Assembly: GCA_002700365.1 (NCBI GenBank)
Contig: PADB01000010.1
Span: 268,591-332,590 of the forward strand
Direction of reading: 5' to 3'
DNA: 64,000 nucleotides
Origin: Kordiimonas sp.
Lineage (GTDB): Bacteria > Pseudomonadota > Alphaproteobacteria > Sphingomonadales > Emcibacteraceae
Below the pieces are notes generated by a model. That model saw nothing but the letters and a program-made list of their open reading frames with translations, was not told the DNA's origin and searched no databases. Every line of letters starts with the position of its first letter. The stretch's first letter is position 1. Shown piece by piece: positions 21,233 through 31,284 of this stretch. Position numbers and translations under genes: made by a program.

Positions 21233-22572
21233 GACAAAACCTCTTTTAGCCCGGCTTCCAAGGCCATCATATCTTCGTCCTGTACTGTTTCTGTGACCGC
21301 CACAACCAGTAAATCGTCCATATGCTGTTGTGGCAATAAACGTGAGACAGGAACACCCGCCAAAATATTCTGTGCTGCCAAGGTGTTCACGACCTCCGCT
21401 GCAGGACGAGGCAGGCGTATTGTAAATTCATTAAAAAAGGCTGCGTTTAGAATCTCCACGCCTTCGATTAGCTCCAGTCGCTCTGCCAATTGTACGGCCC
21501 GCGCATGATTGAGAGCCGCTAACTGCCTGTATCCTTTTTCTCCCAACAAGGACAGATGGATACTGAACGCCAGGGAACAAAGTCCTGAATTCGTGCATAT
21601 ATTACTGGTGGCCTTTTCACGCCGAATATGCTGTTCCCGTGTCGATAGGGTCAGCACAAAACCCCGCCGCCCTTCAGCGTCTATGGTCTCCCCACATAAT
21701 CGTCCCGGCATCTGCCGCACATATTTTTGCCGTGTCGCTAACAATCCTAAATAAGGTCCCCCGAAATTCAGGCCATTGCCCAAAGACTGCCCTTCCCCTA
21801 CGACAATGTCCGCGCCCATGGCTCCCGGTGAACTAATTGCCCCCAATGACACGATTTCTGTCACGACAACCACCAATAAGGCCTTCTTCTCCTGTGCCGC
21901 CGCCGCCAGGGCACTAAAATCTTGAATATGCCCAAAAAAGTCCGGGTATTGCACGACAACACATGACGTCTCGTCATCTATTTGGGCGATTAAATCTTCA
22001 TCGGCTGTTGGTGCCGGCGGATTTATAACAACATCATCATCGGTAAAAGTCGTTACCGTTTTAACCACATCACGATATTGCGGATGGAGACCACCGGATA
22101 AGACCGCCTTTTTCCGCCGCGTGATACGTCGGGCCATTAACACGGCTTCGCCGCAACCTGTCGAACCATCATATAAAGATGCATTCGCCACATCCATACC
22201 GGTAATCTGCGCAACCTGCGTCTGAAACTCAAAAAGAGCCTGAAGCGTGCCCTGACTGATTTCCGGCTGGTAGGGGGTATACGCTGTCAGAAATTCTCCA
22301 CGTTGAATAAGGTAATCAACCGTTGCAGGCACATGATGACGATAAGCCCCGGCCCCGATAAAAAAGGGCACTTCCCCGGCGACAGTATTTTGCCGCGCTA
22401 ATGACGTCAGGTTGCGTTCTACGCTTAATTCGGTTGCATGTTTCGGTAAATCAACGGGTTGAGATAACAACACATCAGGGTCAACATCGCAATATAAGGC
22501 GTCCACATTGTCGACCCCGATAACCGACAGCATGTCGGAACGATCCTGCGCGGTAAACGGAAGATAACGCAT
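21229..22572 (-). CDS. gcvPA: Glycine dehydrogenase (decarboxylating) subunit 1
   Basis: [23 protein letters not shown] motif; 447 aa. Confidence 0.95.
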   Translation of the reverse strand: MRYLPFTAQDRSDMLSVIGVDNVDALYCDVDPDVLLSQPVDLPKHATELSVERNLTSLARQNTVAGEVPFFIGAGAYRHHVPATVDYLIQRGEFLTAYTPYQPEISQGTLQALFEFQTQVAQITGMDVANASLYDGSTGCGEAVLMARRITRRKKAVLSGGLHPQYRDVVKTVTTFTDDDVVINPPAPTADEDLIAQIDDETSCVVVQYPDFFGHIQDFSALAAAAQEKKALLVVVVTEIVSLGAISSPGAMGADIVVGEGQSLGNGLNFGGPYLGLLATRQKYVRQMPGRLCGETIDAEGRRGFVLTLSTREQHIRREKATSNICTNSGLCSLAFSIHLSLLGEKGYRQLAALNHARAVQLAERLELIEGVEILNAAFFNEFTIRLPRPAAEVVNTLAAQNILAGVPVSRLLPQQHMDDLLVVAVTETVQDEDMMALEAGLKEVLS

Positions 22573-22952
22573 CAGCCATCCAATCCCTGAATATAAGTCG
22601 CATAGGCGGCCTCATCCATCAACCCCTCCAGCTCTGCGGGGTCAGACAATTGCATTCTAAAAAACCATCCGTCACTCTGCGATGCTGTATTCACCAATGC
22701 GGGCTCTTCTTCCAAGGCGCTGTTACCTGCAACAACAGTACCGCTTACCGGCGCATAAACCTCACTGGCGGCTTTCACAGATTCAACAACTGCGGCCTCA
22801 TCACCCTTGGCCAACGCACGTCCCTCTTCCGGTATTTCCACAAAGACAATATCCCCCAAAGCCTGTTGGGCATAATCGCTAATACCTACAATGGCATCAC
22901 TGCCATCAACATTGATCCATTCATGGTCTTCTGTGAAATAAAGTTTACTCAT
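22572..22952 (-). CDS. gcvH: Glycine cleavage system protein H
   Basis: [13 protein letters not shown] start and the lipoyl-Lys motif [13 protein letters not shown]. The tracked longer ORF (to 23105) overlaps gcvT and was trimmed. Confidence 0.95.
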   Translation of the reverse strand: MSKLYFTEDHEWINVDGSDAIVGISDYAQQALGDIVFVEIPEEGRALAKGDEAAVVESVKAASEVYAPVSGTVVAGNSALEEEPALVNTASQSDGWFFRMQLSDPAELEGLMDEAAYATYIQGLDG

Positions 22953-22969
22953 CTGCCTAACCTTTTTGT

Positions 22970-24082
22970 CTACCGATAATAACGATGGGGAATAAACGGC
23001 AAATCTATGATCTGCCCGGGTAATGTTTTCTGTCGCACACGCAATCCGACATTTTGTCCTGCCTGAAAATGGGGGGCATCCACATAGCCCATGGCGATCG
23101 GGCAACCCATACTGGGTGAAAAGCCCCCACTGGTCACCCGGCCGATAACTTGGCCGTCCTTATCAACAATCTCTGCTCCCTCACGCGCCGGGGCACGACC
23201 ACCTAAGCGTATGCCAACACGTTGACGTCCAGCCATGCCCGTTAGTTGCTGCTGAATAATATCCGCACCCGGAAAGCCCCCTTCCATGCGGCGGCGTTTG
23301 CCGATAGCCCATGACAAAGCGGCTTCAACAGGTGTTGTCTCAGAGGTGATATCGTGGCCATACAGGCATAACCCCGCCTCCAACCGCAATGAATCACGGG
23401 CACCCAACCCAACCGGGGCCACATCCCGGTCCGCCAGTAACGCACGGGCTACGGTCTCTGCCTGATCCGAAGGCATTGAAATTTCAAAACCATCTTCGCC
23501 GGTATAACCTGACCGGCTGATGTCGCATCCTACCCCTGCGATTTGGACAGAGGCCATCGACATAAACGGTTGTGCAGCGTTAAACCCGTCTGCCACACGT
23601 TCCATAACCGCCGCCGCGCATGGCCCCTGTAACGCAAGCAGGGCCTGCGTCGTCAATAGTTTTATCGATATATCCGCATGCAGATATCGCCGCAGATGCT
23701 CAAGATCCTGTGTCTTACACGCCGCATTGACAACCAGAAATAGGTCATCCTGTCGTCGCGTTATCATCAGATCATCAAGAATGCCGCCCTGTGCATTTGT
23801 AAACAGGCTATAGCGAATGCGCCCCGGTGCTAAATCCACAATATTACCGGGAACTAATTTCTCTAATGCTGCCTCTACATTGTTTCCGGACAAGATAACC
23901 TGGCCCATATGCGAAACGTCAAACAGGCCAGCTTTCTCCCGGGTATGACGATGTTCCGCCATAATACCCGCCGGATATTGCACAGGCATCGCATAGCCTG
24001 CAAAGGGGACAAGCTTTGCTCCTAACTCCTGATGGAGGTTGTATAGTGCTGTGTGCTGTAACGTCGCATCGGGGGTGGACAT
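22970..24082 (-). CDS. gcvT: Glycine cleavage system aminomethyltransferase T
   Basis: LFDVSHMGQ and GYTGEDGFEI motifs. ATG 24082 lies 5 nt after GGAGAG. Confidence 0.95.
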   Translation of the reverse strand: MSTPDATLQHTALYNLHQELGAKLVPFAGYAMPVQYPAGIMAEHRHTREKAGLFDVSHMGQVILSGNNVEAALEKLVPGNIVDLAPGRIRYSLFTNAQGGILDDLMITRRQDDLFLVVNAACKTQDLEHLRRYLHADISIKLLTTQALLALQGPCAAAVMERVADGFNAAQPFMSMASVQIAGVGCDISRSGYTGEDGFEISMPSDQAETVARALLADRDVAPVGLGARDSLRLEAGLCLYGHDITSETTPVEAALSWAIGKRRRMEGGFPGADIIQQQLTGMAGRQRVGIRLGGRAPAREGAEIVDKDGQVIGRVTSGGFSPSMGCPIAMGYVDAPHFQAGQNVGLRVRQKTLPGQIIDLPFIPHRYYR

Positions 24083-24154
24083 TTCCACTCTCCATCATCC
24101 AAACAGATTGCAAGAAACCGGCAAGGCAAACCTTCGCCCGCGCGGTCAATTATT

Positions 24155-24350
24155 CTTGCCCCCTCTGTCATGGAACCTGAGAGAATGACCAGCCCATAAG
24201 AATTGACTGGCTTACCCCGTCGGTGAAGTCATGGCCTATAGAAGCCAGTTTCTTACTTTCCAGAGTGCTAAGATGTCCCGGTCCGGTTGCCTGAGAGTTT
24301 CCGGGGCGGTTGCTCCTTCGGCGCCGGTAATAAACCGAACTCTCCCGCAG
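24155..24350 (-). promoter_or_regulatory. Tandem glycine riboswitch (two aptamers) in the gcvT leader
   Basis: Minus-strand RNA, aptamer 1: CGGGAGAG..ACCGGCGCCGAAGGAGCAACCGCCCCGGAAACTCTCAGGCAACCGGACCGG. Aptamer 2: CACTCTGGAAAG..CACCGACGGGGTAAGCC..TCTCAGGTTCCATGACAGAGGGGGCAAG. Both match the glycine aptamer core. Confidence 0.9.
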
Positions 24351-24371
24351 ACGTCATAAAGCTTGATAGAC

Positions 24372-24399
24372 ATCATATGATTCCATCCGCGGGAGTCAA
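24372..24399 (-). promoter_or_regulatory. Candidate sigma-70 promoter of the gcv operon
   Basis: Minus strand TTGACT (24399-24394), 16-nt spacer, TATGAT (24377-24372), about 25 nt upstream of the riboswitch. Confidence 0.4.
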
Positions 24400-24476
24400 T
24401 CCGGTGTTTTAAATTCCGCAAACGACAAAGACAAATAAGTCACTGCCTACGACGTATACGGATCGTCATATATTTT

Positions 24477-24716
24477 TTACAGGGCGTTGTGACCACCGTC
24501 ACATGTCACGCCACCGTCGTTATGTTTACACCCACAGAAGAACACTTTTTTGCTTTCTTCGGCTGTGTATTTAATCGGGGTAAAGTCAGTCCCTTTATGC
24601 TGGCCATCACAGAAAGGCTGATTGGCACTTTTGCCGCATGTGCAGTACCAGTAATCTTTACCGGCTTCAACATCGACAGGAATGGGGCTTTTTGTTGCAA
24701 TGACGGGTTCGGACAT
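24477..24716 (-). CDS. CDGSH iron-sulfur domain protein
   Basis: Two CDGSH-type motifs: CTCGKSANQPFCDGQH and CGCKHNDGGVTCDGGH. ATG 24716 lies 5 nt after GGAGAA. Confidence 0.8.
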   Translation of the reverse strand: MSEPVIATKSPIPVDVEAGKDYWYCTCGKSANQPFCDGQHKGTDFTPIKYTAEESKKVFFCGCKHNDGGVTCDGGHNAL

Positions 24717-24913
24717 AGAAATTCTCCAATTCAAATTGAGGTTAAACAGACTTTACTGTTTTCTACTAATCGTTCAATAAAAAACATTTCAGGCATCGGG
24801 ATTTCCAGATTGCAATATGACTAAAAAAGCCCCTTGGAAAAGCCCCCTGAAAACCGTAAAAGATAATCTAAGGTCATTCTATTAAGGATGCAAAAAAAGG
24901 TTAACACCCATTT

Positions 24914-25867
24914 ATGACAAAACAGGCTGTGAAAATTTATCTTGCCAACCCACGCGGTTTTTGCGCCGGCGTTGATCGGGCCATACAAATTGTCGAATTG
25001 GCACTGAAAAAATACGGCCCCCCGGTCTATGTCCGTCATGAAATCGTGCATAATCGCTACGTAGTGGAAAACCTTGAAGCCAAAGGGGCTGTTTTTGTTG
25101 ATGAGCTTGATGAAGTTCCCGACACGGCACCGCCTGAAACACCTGTTATTTTTTCTGCCCACGGTGTGCCCAAATCTGTGCCGCGGGAAGCCGCAGAACG
25201 AAATATGTTTTTTTTGGATGCGACCTGTCCACTGGTCAGTAAAGTCCATCGCGAAGCAGAACTTCATCATAGTCTGGGCCATGATATCGTTCTCATTGGC
25301 CATGCGGGTCACCCGGAAGTCATCGGTACTATGGGCCAGCTACCTGACGGTGCGATCAGTCTGGTTGAAACTGTTGATGATGTTGCAAAGTTATCCCCAC
25401 GCAATCCTGATAATCTGGCTTATGTCACGCAAACCACGCTGGCAGTGGATGATACTGCCGAAATTATTGGGGCCCTGCAAAAACGTTTTCCGTCATTAAT
25501 CGCCCCTAAAAAAGAAGACATCTGCTACGCCACAACGAACCGACAAGACGCGGTCAAAGAAATGACAACACAGGTAGAGGCCGTGTTAATTATTGGTGCT
25601 CCCAACAGCTCTAATTCCAAACGTCTCGTGGAAGTCGCCCTCAGACGCGGGGTTCAGGCCAGCCTCATACAGCGGGCGGCGGATATTAACTGGCAGGATT
25701 TCGAAACAGTAAAGCATGTGGGAATTTCCGCCGGGGCCTCCGCGCCGGAAGAACTCGTGGAAGAGGTCATCGCCGCTTTTCGTCAACGTTTTGATGTGAC
25801 CCTGACATCTTTACGCACCACTGAAGAAAATATAAAATTCAAACTTCCTGCGGCCCTGACCGCCTGA
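24914..25867 (+). CDS. ispH: 4-hydroxy-3-methylbut-2-enyl diphosphate reductase
   Basis: [19 protein letters not shown] and ICYATTNRQ motifs with three conserved Cys. Confidence 0.95.
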   Translation: MTKQAVKIYLANPRGFCAGVDRAIQIVELALKKYGPPVYVRHEIVHNRYVVENLEAKGAVFVDELDEVPDTAPPETPVIFSAHGVPKSVPREAAERNMFFLDATCPLVSKVHREAELHHSLGHDIVLIGHAGHPEVIGTMGQLPDGAISLVETVDDVAKLSPRNPDNLAYVTQTTLAVDDTAEIIGALQKRFPSLIAPKKEDICYATTNRQDAVKEMTTQVEAVLIIGAPNSSNSKRLVEVALRRGVQASLIQRAADINWQDFETVKHVGISAGASAPEELVEEVIAAFRQRFDVTLTSLRTTEENIKFKLPAALTA

Positions 25868-25885
25868 TATCAAAAGAGAGAGATT

Positions 25886-26848
25886 ATGGCGGTCTATACA
25901 CAGGTTGATGCCGATGATATTGCAAATTTTCTTACTGATTACGATGTGGGGAACATCATCAGTTTTAAAGGCATTGCCGAAGGTGTTGAGAATTCCAACT
26001 ACCTGCTGCAAACGGACCAAAACCATTTCATTTTGACCCTTTATGAAAAACGCGTAAATCCAGACGACCTCCCCTTCTTTCTTAATCTTATGGACCATCT
26101 GGCCCAAAAGGGGCTGAACTGTGCGACACCCGTCCGCGATCGTCAGGGGCAAGCCCTCAAGGAATTATGTGGCCGTCCGGCGGCTCTCATTTCCTTCCTG
26201 CAAGGCATGTCCATAAATAAACCCACGCCGCACCATTGCCGTCAGTTAGGGCAGGCACTGGCACAGATGCATAATGCAACCGCCGATTTTAAAATGACCC
26301 GCGTCAATAATCTGTCTGTGGACGGCTGGCAAAATCTTATGGACCAATGTATTGATCGTGCGGACAACGTTATTCCTGGTCTTTCTGGCATCTTACAAAC
26401 AGAAATGAAATGGTTAGGCGATCATTGGCCCGAACACCTGCCAAGCGGCGTTATTCATGCAGACTTATTTCCCGACAACGTCTTCTTTCGCGGGGACACT
26501 CTCTCTGGTTTGATTGATTTTTATTTCGCCTGCACAGATATTCTGGCGTATGACCTTGCCATTTGCCTCAATGCTTGGTGCTTTGAAACCGATGGGTCCT
26601 TTAACATTACCAAGGCACGCAACCTGACCCGTGGCTACCACAATGTGCGTCCTTTAAGTACCGCAGAATATGATTCATTACCGTTATTGTGCCGTGGGGC
26701 TGCCATGCGCTTTCTGCTCACACGTCTTTATGATTGGCTGCACCAGGTCGAAGGGGCCACTGTCACTGTCAAAAACCCGCGCGAATATCTGGAAAAATTA
26801 ACATTTCATCAGGCCATCACCTCGGCCTCTGCTTATGGGCTGGAATAA
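25886..26848 (+). CDS. thrB: Homoserine kinase, ThrB type II (APH fold)
   Basis: MAVYTQV...[13 protein letters not shown]...[11 protein letters not shown]. Confidence 0.9.
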   Translation: MAVYTQVDADDIANFLTDYDVGNIISFKGIAEGVENSNYLLQTDQNHFILTLYEKRVNPDDLPFFLNLMDHLAQKGLNCATPVRDRQGQALKELCGRPAALISFLQGMSINKPTPHHCRQLGQALAQMHNATADFKMTRVNNLSVDGWQNLMDQCIDRADNVIPGLSGILQTEMKWLGDHWPEHLPSGVIHADLFPDNVFFRGDTLSGLIDFYFACTDILAYDLAICLNAWCFETDGSFNITKARNLTRGYHNVRPLSTAEYDSLPLLCRGAAMRFLLTRLYDWLHQVEGATVTVKNPREYLEKLTFHQAITSASAYGLE

Positions 26849-26858
26849 TAAGGAAAAA

Positions 26859-27308
26859 ATGATGTCCTCCCCTACGACCCACGTCACAATTTATACTGAT
26901 GGTGCCTGTTCGGGAAATCCTGGTCCTGGCGGCTGGGGCGCCCTGCTACGTTATGGCGACCATGAAAAAGAATTAACGGGCGGCGCAGCGGAAACCACCA
27001 ACAACAAAATGGAACTCACCGCGACGATCGAAGCTCTCAATCACCTGAAACGGCCCTGCACTATCGCCCTGCATACAGACAGTACTTATGTCAAAGACGG
27101 GATTACCAAATGGATCCACGGGTGGAAAAAAAATGGCTGGCGAACCGCGAATAAAAAACCCGTCAAAAATATGGAATTATGGCAGGCTTTGGAAAGTGCC
27201 ATAGCTCGCCATGACGTGGCATGGCATTGGGTCAAAGGCCATGCGGGCGACCCCGGCAATGAACGCGCCGATGAACTTGCCCGGCGCGGCATGGCGGATT
27301 ATCAATAG
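26859..27308 (+). CDS. rnhA: Ribonuclease HI
   Basis: [24 protein letters not shown] and [15 protein letters not shown] motifs. The start is ATG 26859 or 26862, after AAGGA. Confidence 0.9.
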   Translation: MMSSPTTHVTIYTDGACSGNPGPGGWGALLRYGDHEKELTGGAAETTNNKMELTATIEALNHLKRPCTIALHTDSTYVKDGITKWIHGWKKNGWRTANKKPVKNMELWQALESAIARHDVAWHWVKGHAGDPGNERADELARRGMADYQ

Positions 27309-27381
27309 ACGATAGCATCTGCCGTATTAACAAAGACAACATATAAGCACCTTTCCCCGGCACTTTCCGATACATTTCGCA

Positions 27382-27768
27382 TCATGAATTCTCTGCTATA
27401 TTGTGAGGAGCCTCTTCATCAGCCGGTAATCTGTTGCATAGTTCCTCTGCCTCAGCAGCCAGTTCCTCCCATAAAGGAAAAGGAAGAGAAACACGTTCCG
27501 TCTGCAACGGTTTTTTCCAGATATAATCCATCAGCATATTATGCAGCACCAGAAAGTCGGAAAATTCCTCATGATGATGCGGGTCTTGTTTGATGTCATT
27601 TAAGAAAGCCAAAAAATCATGCTGCCAATAAAGCTGGTGTATAAAGGATTCCCATTTTTCCAAGGCGTTGACAAAATCACCGTTTGTCGCCTGCTGCAAA
27701 TGTATCGGGTCCCCTATTTTCGCAATGATGGAGAGAATTTCATTGCGTTGCTGACTGATGGTTTCCAT
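27382..27768 (-). CDS. Hypothetical acidic, His-rich 128-aa protein
   Basis: Clean ORF filling the gap, with no TM helix and no motif I recognise (QDPHHHEEF cluster). A perfect CRP-type site lies upstream. Confidence 0.6.
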   Translation of the reverse strand: METISQQRNEILSIIAKIGDPIHLQQATNGDFVNALEKWESFIHQLYWQHDFLAFLNDIKQDPHHHEEFSDFLVLHNMLMDYIWKKPLQTERVSLPFPLWEELAAEAEELCNRLPADEEAPHNIAENS

Positions 27769-27938
27769 GGCCCGAATATCTCTTTTTATACCGTCAACCC
27801 GGTCTGCCGAATTGCGTAACTAACACTCCCCCCAATACGACTAACTACCTGACCAAACCCTGACAGAGATACTCTGCGTCTGTACTATGGTCTATCAATT
27901 GATTGTTTTAACCGATAGCAATGTTGTAATTTCAAGTC

Positions 27939-27954
27939 TGTGACTTCCATCACA
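27939..27954. promoter_or_regulatory. Perfect CRP-type palindrome TGTGA-N6-TCACA
   Basis: TGTGACTTCCATCACA. It lies 44 bp downstream of the Crp/Fnr-family gene stop and 171-186 bp upstream of the 27768 ATG. Confidence 0.6.
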
Positions 27955-27997
27955 TTGCATTATCATTACTTATTCCCGCCCCATTTTATAAAAAGGC

Positions 27998-28660
27998 CTA
28001 CTCAGCCGCCTGCATCAAGGCAGGGGCATTTCGCACTTCAATCGCCCCACGCTGCAGTTGTAGAAGCCCCTTGCGTTCAAATTCTTTGAGCTGACGGCTA
28101 ATGACTTCCCGCACGGTTCCCAGCTCCGCAGCAAGTTGCTGATGCGTCATCCTGATCACACCATCTTCTTCTCGCCGCTGTCCGTTCAACAACAATTGGG
28201 CTAAGCGGCGGTCAATTCGGCCAAAGGCCACATCATCAACCAACAATAATAAATGGCTGATACGGTCCGCATAAACCTGAAGAACAAATTCTCTAAAGGC
28301 TTTGGATTGGTCGATCAATTGTTGGAAAACATCCGGGGGGATCATATAGGCCCTAATGTCCGTCTCTGCCACCCCGTCCGCCTGATAGGGGCTCCCCGAC
28401 AATAAACTTGTGGTAGTTAAAATACAGGTCTGCCCCTTTTCTACCCTGTAAAGTACGATCTCCCTTCCCTCTGGTGAGGATTTACGCACCTTAATAACAC
28501 CGTCAATAACGAACACATAACCTTGTGTGTGCTCCCCCTGTTCTAACAATACCGCCCCAGCCGGGGCCTCAAACAAATGCAAACTTGATTGAAGTTGTTG
28601 TTTAATCTCTTCATCCAAATCTTCTAAGTCTGGAAACAGAGAAAATAATGCATCTTTCAT
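27998..28660 (-). CDS. Crp/Fnr-family transcriptional regulator
   Basis: cNMP-binding-like beta-roll plus a C-terminal HTH (LAAELGTVREVISRQLKEFERKG). There is no N-terminal Cys cluster. Confidence 0.9.
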   Translation of the reverse strand: MKDALFSLFPDLEDLDEEIKQQLQSSLHLFEAPAGAVLLEQGEHTQGYVFVIDGVIKVRKSSPEGREIVLYRVEKGQTCILTTTSLLSGSPYQADGVAETDIRAYMIPPDVFQQLIDQSKAFREFVLQVYADRISHLLLLVDDVAFGRIDRRLAQLLLNGQRREEDGVIRMTHQQLAAELGTVREVISRQLKEFERKGLLQLQRGAIEVRNAPALMQAAE

Positions 28661-28771
28661 ACTACCCCCTTTGGTATATGTGTTGTCTTATTTTATATAT
28701 ATAAATATATATTTTCCATATTATAACATGCGCAATATGTCATTTATGATCACGTAAGTTCTGGTTATAAA

Positions 28772-28800
28772 AGAAAAAAGCGGGCTGTTAAGCCCGCCTT
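28772..28800 (-). terminator. Rho-independent terminator after the U32 gene
   Basis: Minus strand GGCGGGCT-TAAC-AGCCCGC followed by TTTTTTCTTTT. Confidence 0.6.
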
Positions 28801-28824
28801 TCGTCTAATAGGGTCGCTAAGTCG

Positions 28825-30486
28825 CTATGCACTCGCCAGCTTATCGTTGCGCATATCGCGACCTAACATTTCCCCTTGTTTCTTCTCCCGCATAAGTTCC
28901 CGTGCCTTGGTGTAAGCCGGATCGTGCCAGAAAATCATACATCCATTACAACCACGACCACAGCAACCTTCCACACCTAAACGCGGGGTGCGAAAACGAT
29001 GTTCTGCACTTCCTGCATCAACGGCTTCTTGCAGCTCTATACGCTTTTTCTCATAGAAGGCAGCAGAACCGTTGTCTTGTTCCAGCTTGGCCGCTTCCTG
29101 ATCTAATTTAAGGCGCGCCCATTGTTCCTGCGTCAGCGCACGTTCTTTACGGAGAACGGTCATTTCCGGGAATCCATGACGCAGCACATCGATATCTTCA
29201 TGTTCAAACCAGGCAAACGGGATGCGAATAATGGGCTGCGGCCCTGCATTGATAACATCCGTTACCTTGTTCTTTTTAATGTCATGAAATTCGTAAATCC
29301 GCAGTAACAGCGTTTTATCCTGCACAGGAGAAACAAATTCTATAACATCCCCGGCTTCCAGTCGGTTTTTCACCTCGACAAGAAATGCATCCTCTTCAAC
29401 CGCATGGATCAGTCCGGCATACTCCCAATCCGCAAGCGTTGCGGTATTTTCATAATTATGGGCATAGTTTGTCAGTCGCCCTTCATGAAACGCCAATGTG
29501 TAACCGCGGTTTGGCACTGTTTGCAATTCTTGCATATATTTATCCGCGGACCAGTTGTCAGGGTCTTCATACCAATCATCAATCGCCTTACGGTAGGCAC
29601 GCGCCACTAATGCTACGTAATAAGCACTTTTATTACGGCCTTCCACCTTCAGTGAATCCACGCCAATCCCCAAAAGCTCATCCAATTTCGGCATAAGGCA
29701 CAAATCTTTTGAATTCAGAATGTAAGATCCCCGCTCATCTTCCTCAAACGGCAATAGCTCGCCTTCCCGGTATCCTTCCTCCAGGAAGAATTCGAACATT
29801 TCCATGTTCTCTTCGGTCAGCTCCAGTTCCTTGACCGTGCCATCCTTCAGCTTCATATGCATTTTATAATTCCAACGGCAGCTGTTGGCGCAATTACCCT
29901 GATTGGCCCCGCGTTCGGACATAAAATTAGACAACAAACAACGCCCTGAATACGTCATGCACATAGCCCCATGTACAAAAGCTTCCAGTTTGACACTGTC
30001 GCATTTTTCACGGATTTCCTTAAGCTCCGCAAAAGACACTTCTCGCCCTAACACGACAAGTGATGCTCCCTGATCCTGCCAGAATTTAACCGACATCCAG
30101 GAACAGACATTCGCCTGCGTAGACACATGTAATTCCAGTTCCGGGGCCCGTTCTTTGACAAATTGAAATACCCCGGGATCAGCAACAATGAGTCCATCGG
30201 GTTTAACCACCCGCACGGTTTCCAGATACTGTTCTAATTTTGGTACGTCTTTATTATGCGAAAACAGGTTCAGCGTCAGATAAACGCGCTTACCGTGTTG
30301 ATGTGCAAACTCAACACCCTCCACGACCTCTTCCAATGTAAAAGCTGATTTTGTCCGCAATGACATATCCGGTGTTCCCAGATAAATCACATCCGCTCCG
30401 TATAACACGGCCATTTTCAGCTTCTGAAGGTTACCTGCCGGCATTAATAATTCTGCACGTTCAGGTCTTGTCACTTTTACAGTCAT
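28825..30486 (-). CDS. Peptidase-U32-family enzyme (TrhP/YegQ-like architecture) with a Cys-rich C-terminal extension
   Basis: U32 core with the Cys motif HGAMCMTYSGRCLLS..NQGNCANSCRW and the signature EGRNKSAYYV, plus a U32 C-terminal barrel. An extra tail of about 110 aa contains CCGRGCNGCMIFW. Confidence 0.9.
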   Translation of the reverse strand: MTVKVTRPERAELLMPAGNLQKLKMAVLYGADVIYLGTPDMSLRTKSAFTLEEVVEGVEFAHQHGKRVYLTLNLFSHNKDVPKLEQYLETVRVVKPDGLIVADPGVFQFVKERAPELELHVSTQANVCSWMSVKFWQDQGASLVVLGREVSFAELKEIREKCDSVKLEAFVHGAMCMTYSGRCLLSNFMSERGANQGNCANSCRWNYKMHMKLKDGTVKELELTEENMEMFEFFLEEGYREGELLPFEEDERGSYILNSKDLCLMPKLDELLGIGVDSLKVEGRNKSAYYVALVARAYRKAIDDWYEDPDNWSADKYMQELQTVPNRGYTLAFHEGRLTNYAHNYENTATLADWEYAGLIHAVEEDAFLVEVKNRLEAGDVIEFVSPVQDKTLLLRIYEFHDIKKNKVTDVINAGPQPIIRIPFAWFEHEDIDVLRHGFPEMTVLRKERALTQEQWARLKLDQEAAKLEQDNGSAAFYEKKRIELQEAVDAGSAEHRFRTPRLGVEGCCGRGCNGCMIFWHDPAYTKARELMREKKQGEMLGRDMRNDKLASA

Positions 30487-30580
30487 GACTTTTTTCCAAA
30501 TTAATATAGACGCCCTTTGTCCGGCTTATATCACCATCAACCGATACGGCGCAATCCCTGCTATAGGCCCCATAAACTGA

Positions 30581-30606
30581 AAGGCAGAGCCCTGCTCTGC
30601 CTTTTA
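30581..30606 (-). terminator. Hairpin after the DUF2059-like gene
   Basis: GGCAGAG-CCCTG-CTCTGCC flanked by an A-run and T-runs. Confidence 0.45.
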
Positions 30607-30630
30607 GCGTTTCTTTCAGCACCGACGGTT

Positions 30631-31206
30631 TTATTCGGCAACCATCCCGTCTTCTTCTGGTTTTGCCGTCGGCAGCAAACCCTTACTTGCCAACATATCC
30701 GCTGTTTTTGTTGCCGCCTGTTCCGGCACTACCCTAATCCACGCTTCTAACGCATGACCAACAGGCCCTTCTAATGCACCCAGCCCTTTCAAATAAAGCT
30801 GTCCTGTCGGTGTTTCTAGCATCCCAAGAATGTCATTGATCTCCGCAACGGACCATTTGTCCTGATAATATACACCAATTTGTAATATCAGCTTTTCCAA
30901 AGCCACATTCATTTCGTCCAGGTAACCCTGTTCAAAGGCCTGCTTTACCTCTTCAGTAACTGTTGGTAGCTGTGCAACCAGTTGCTCGCGTCCTTGTGCG
31001 GCAATGCCCGGCAAAAAAGACTTCAACCACTGTACGGGCACGGCCTGTTCCGCCAGTTTTAGGGCCGCGGGGGAAACCCCCAGCTGTTGTGCAAGGCTTT
31101 TTTCTTCTGCCTGTACCTCACTCGCACGCGCGTCATGTCCCCCCACAAAAAAAGCGGAAGTGCATAATATTGCGGCCATTGCCATCATCACTAACTGACG
31201 TAACAT
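30631..31206 (-). CDS. Secreted protein, DUF2059-like
   Basis: Signal peptide, and YYQDKWSVAEINDILGMLETPTGQLYLK resembles the DUF2059 core. Confidence 0.6.
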   Translation of the reverse strand: MLRQLVMMAMAAILCTSAFFVGGHDARASEVQAEEKSLAQQLGVSPAALKLAEQAVPVQWLKSFLPGIAAQGREQLVAQLPTVTEEVKQAFEQGYLDEMNVALEKLILQIGVYYQDKWSVAEINDILGMLETPTGQLYLKGLGALEGPVGHALEAWIRVVPEQAATKTADMLASKGLLPTAKPEEDGMVAE

Positions 31207-31284
31207 TTATTCTTCTCCATAAACGAAGATGGGCCGGCCATGCCGCCCCATCTTGCTGCTTGTCGTTTTTGTGTCAGGCCTGTC

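Noticed and set aside
22953-23105. A 51-codon N-terminal extension of gcvH.
   Set aside because: It overlaps the 3' end of gcvT, and GcvH proteins start at the MSKLYFT..HEW motif (about 126 aa).
24236-24421. A 61-aa ORF upstream of gcvT.
   Set aside because: It lies on top of the tandem glycine riboswitch, so the region is structured RNA rather than coding.
24821-25312. A 163-aa ORF antisense to the 5' part of ispH.
   Set aside because: It overlaps a strongly supported ispH frame, and its translation has no motif or domain-like character.
27382-27768. The idea that the 128-aa His-rich protein is a hemerythrin-like O2 or iron sensor.
   Set aside because: The His, Glu and Asp residues (H44, H50, H64-66, H76-x4-D81) do not reproduce the H..HxxxE..HxxxH..HxxxxD spacing across four helices. 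I cannot support this call from sequence alone.
27894-27903. The 10-bp palindrome ATCAATTGAT in the promoter region of the 128-aa ORF.
   Set aside because: It is short and AT-rich, so chance occurrence is plausible. Its half-sites are in the wrong order and spacing for an FNR site.
30527-30540. An FNR/FixK-like box, TTGAT-GGTG-ATATA, upstream of the U32 gene.
   Set aside because: Only 8 of 10 positions match, the right half-site is weak, and the position relative to a plausible -10 is about 4 nt off the classical -41.5. It is mentioned within a finding but not called as a feature.
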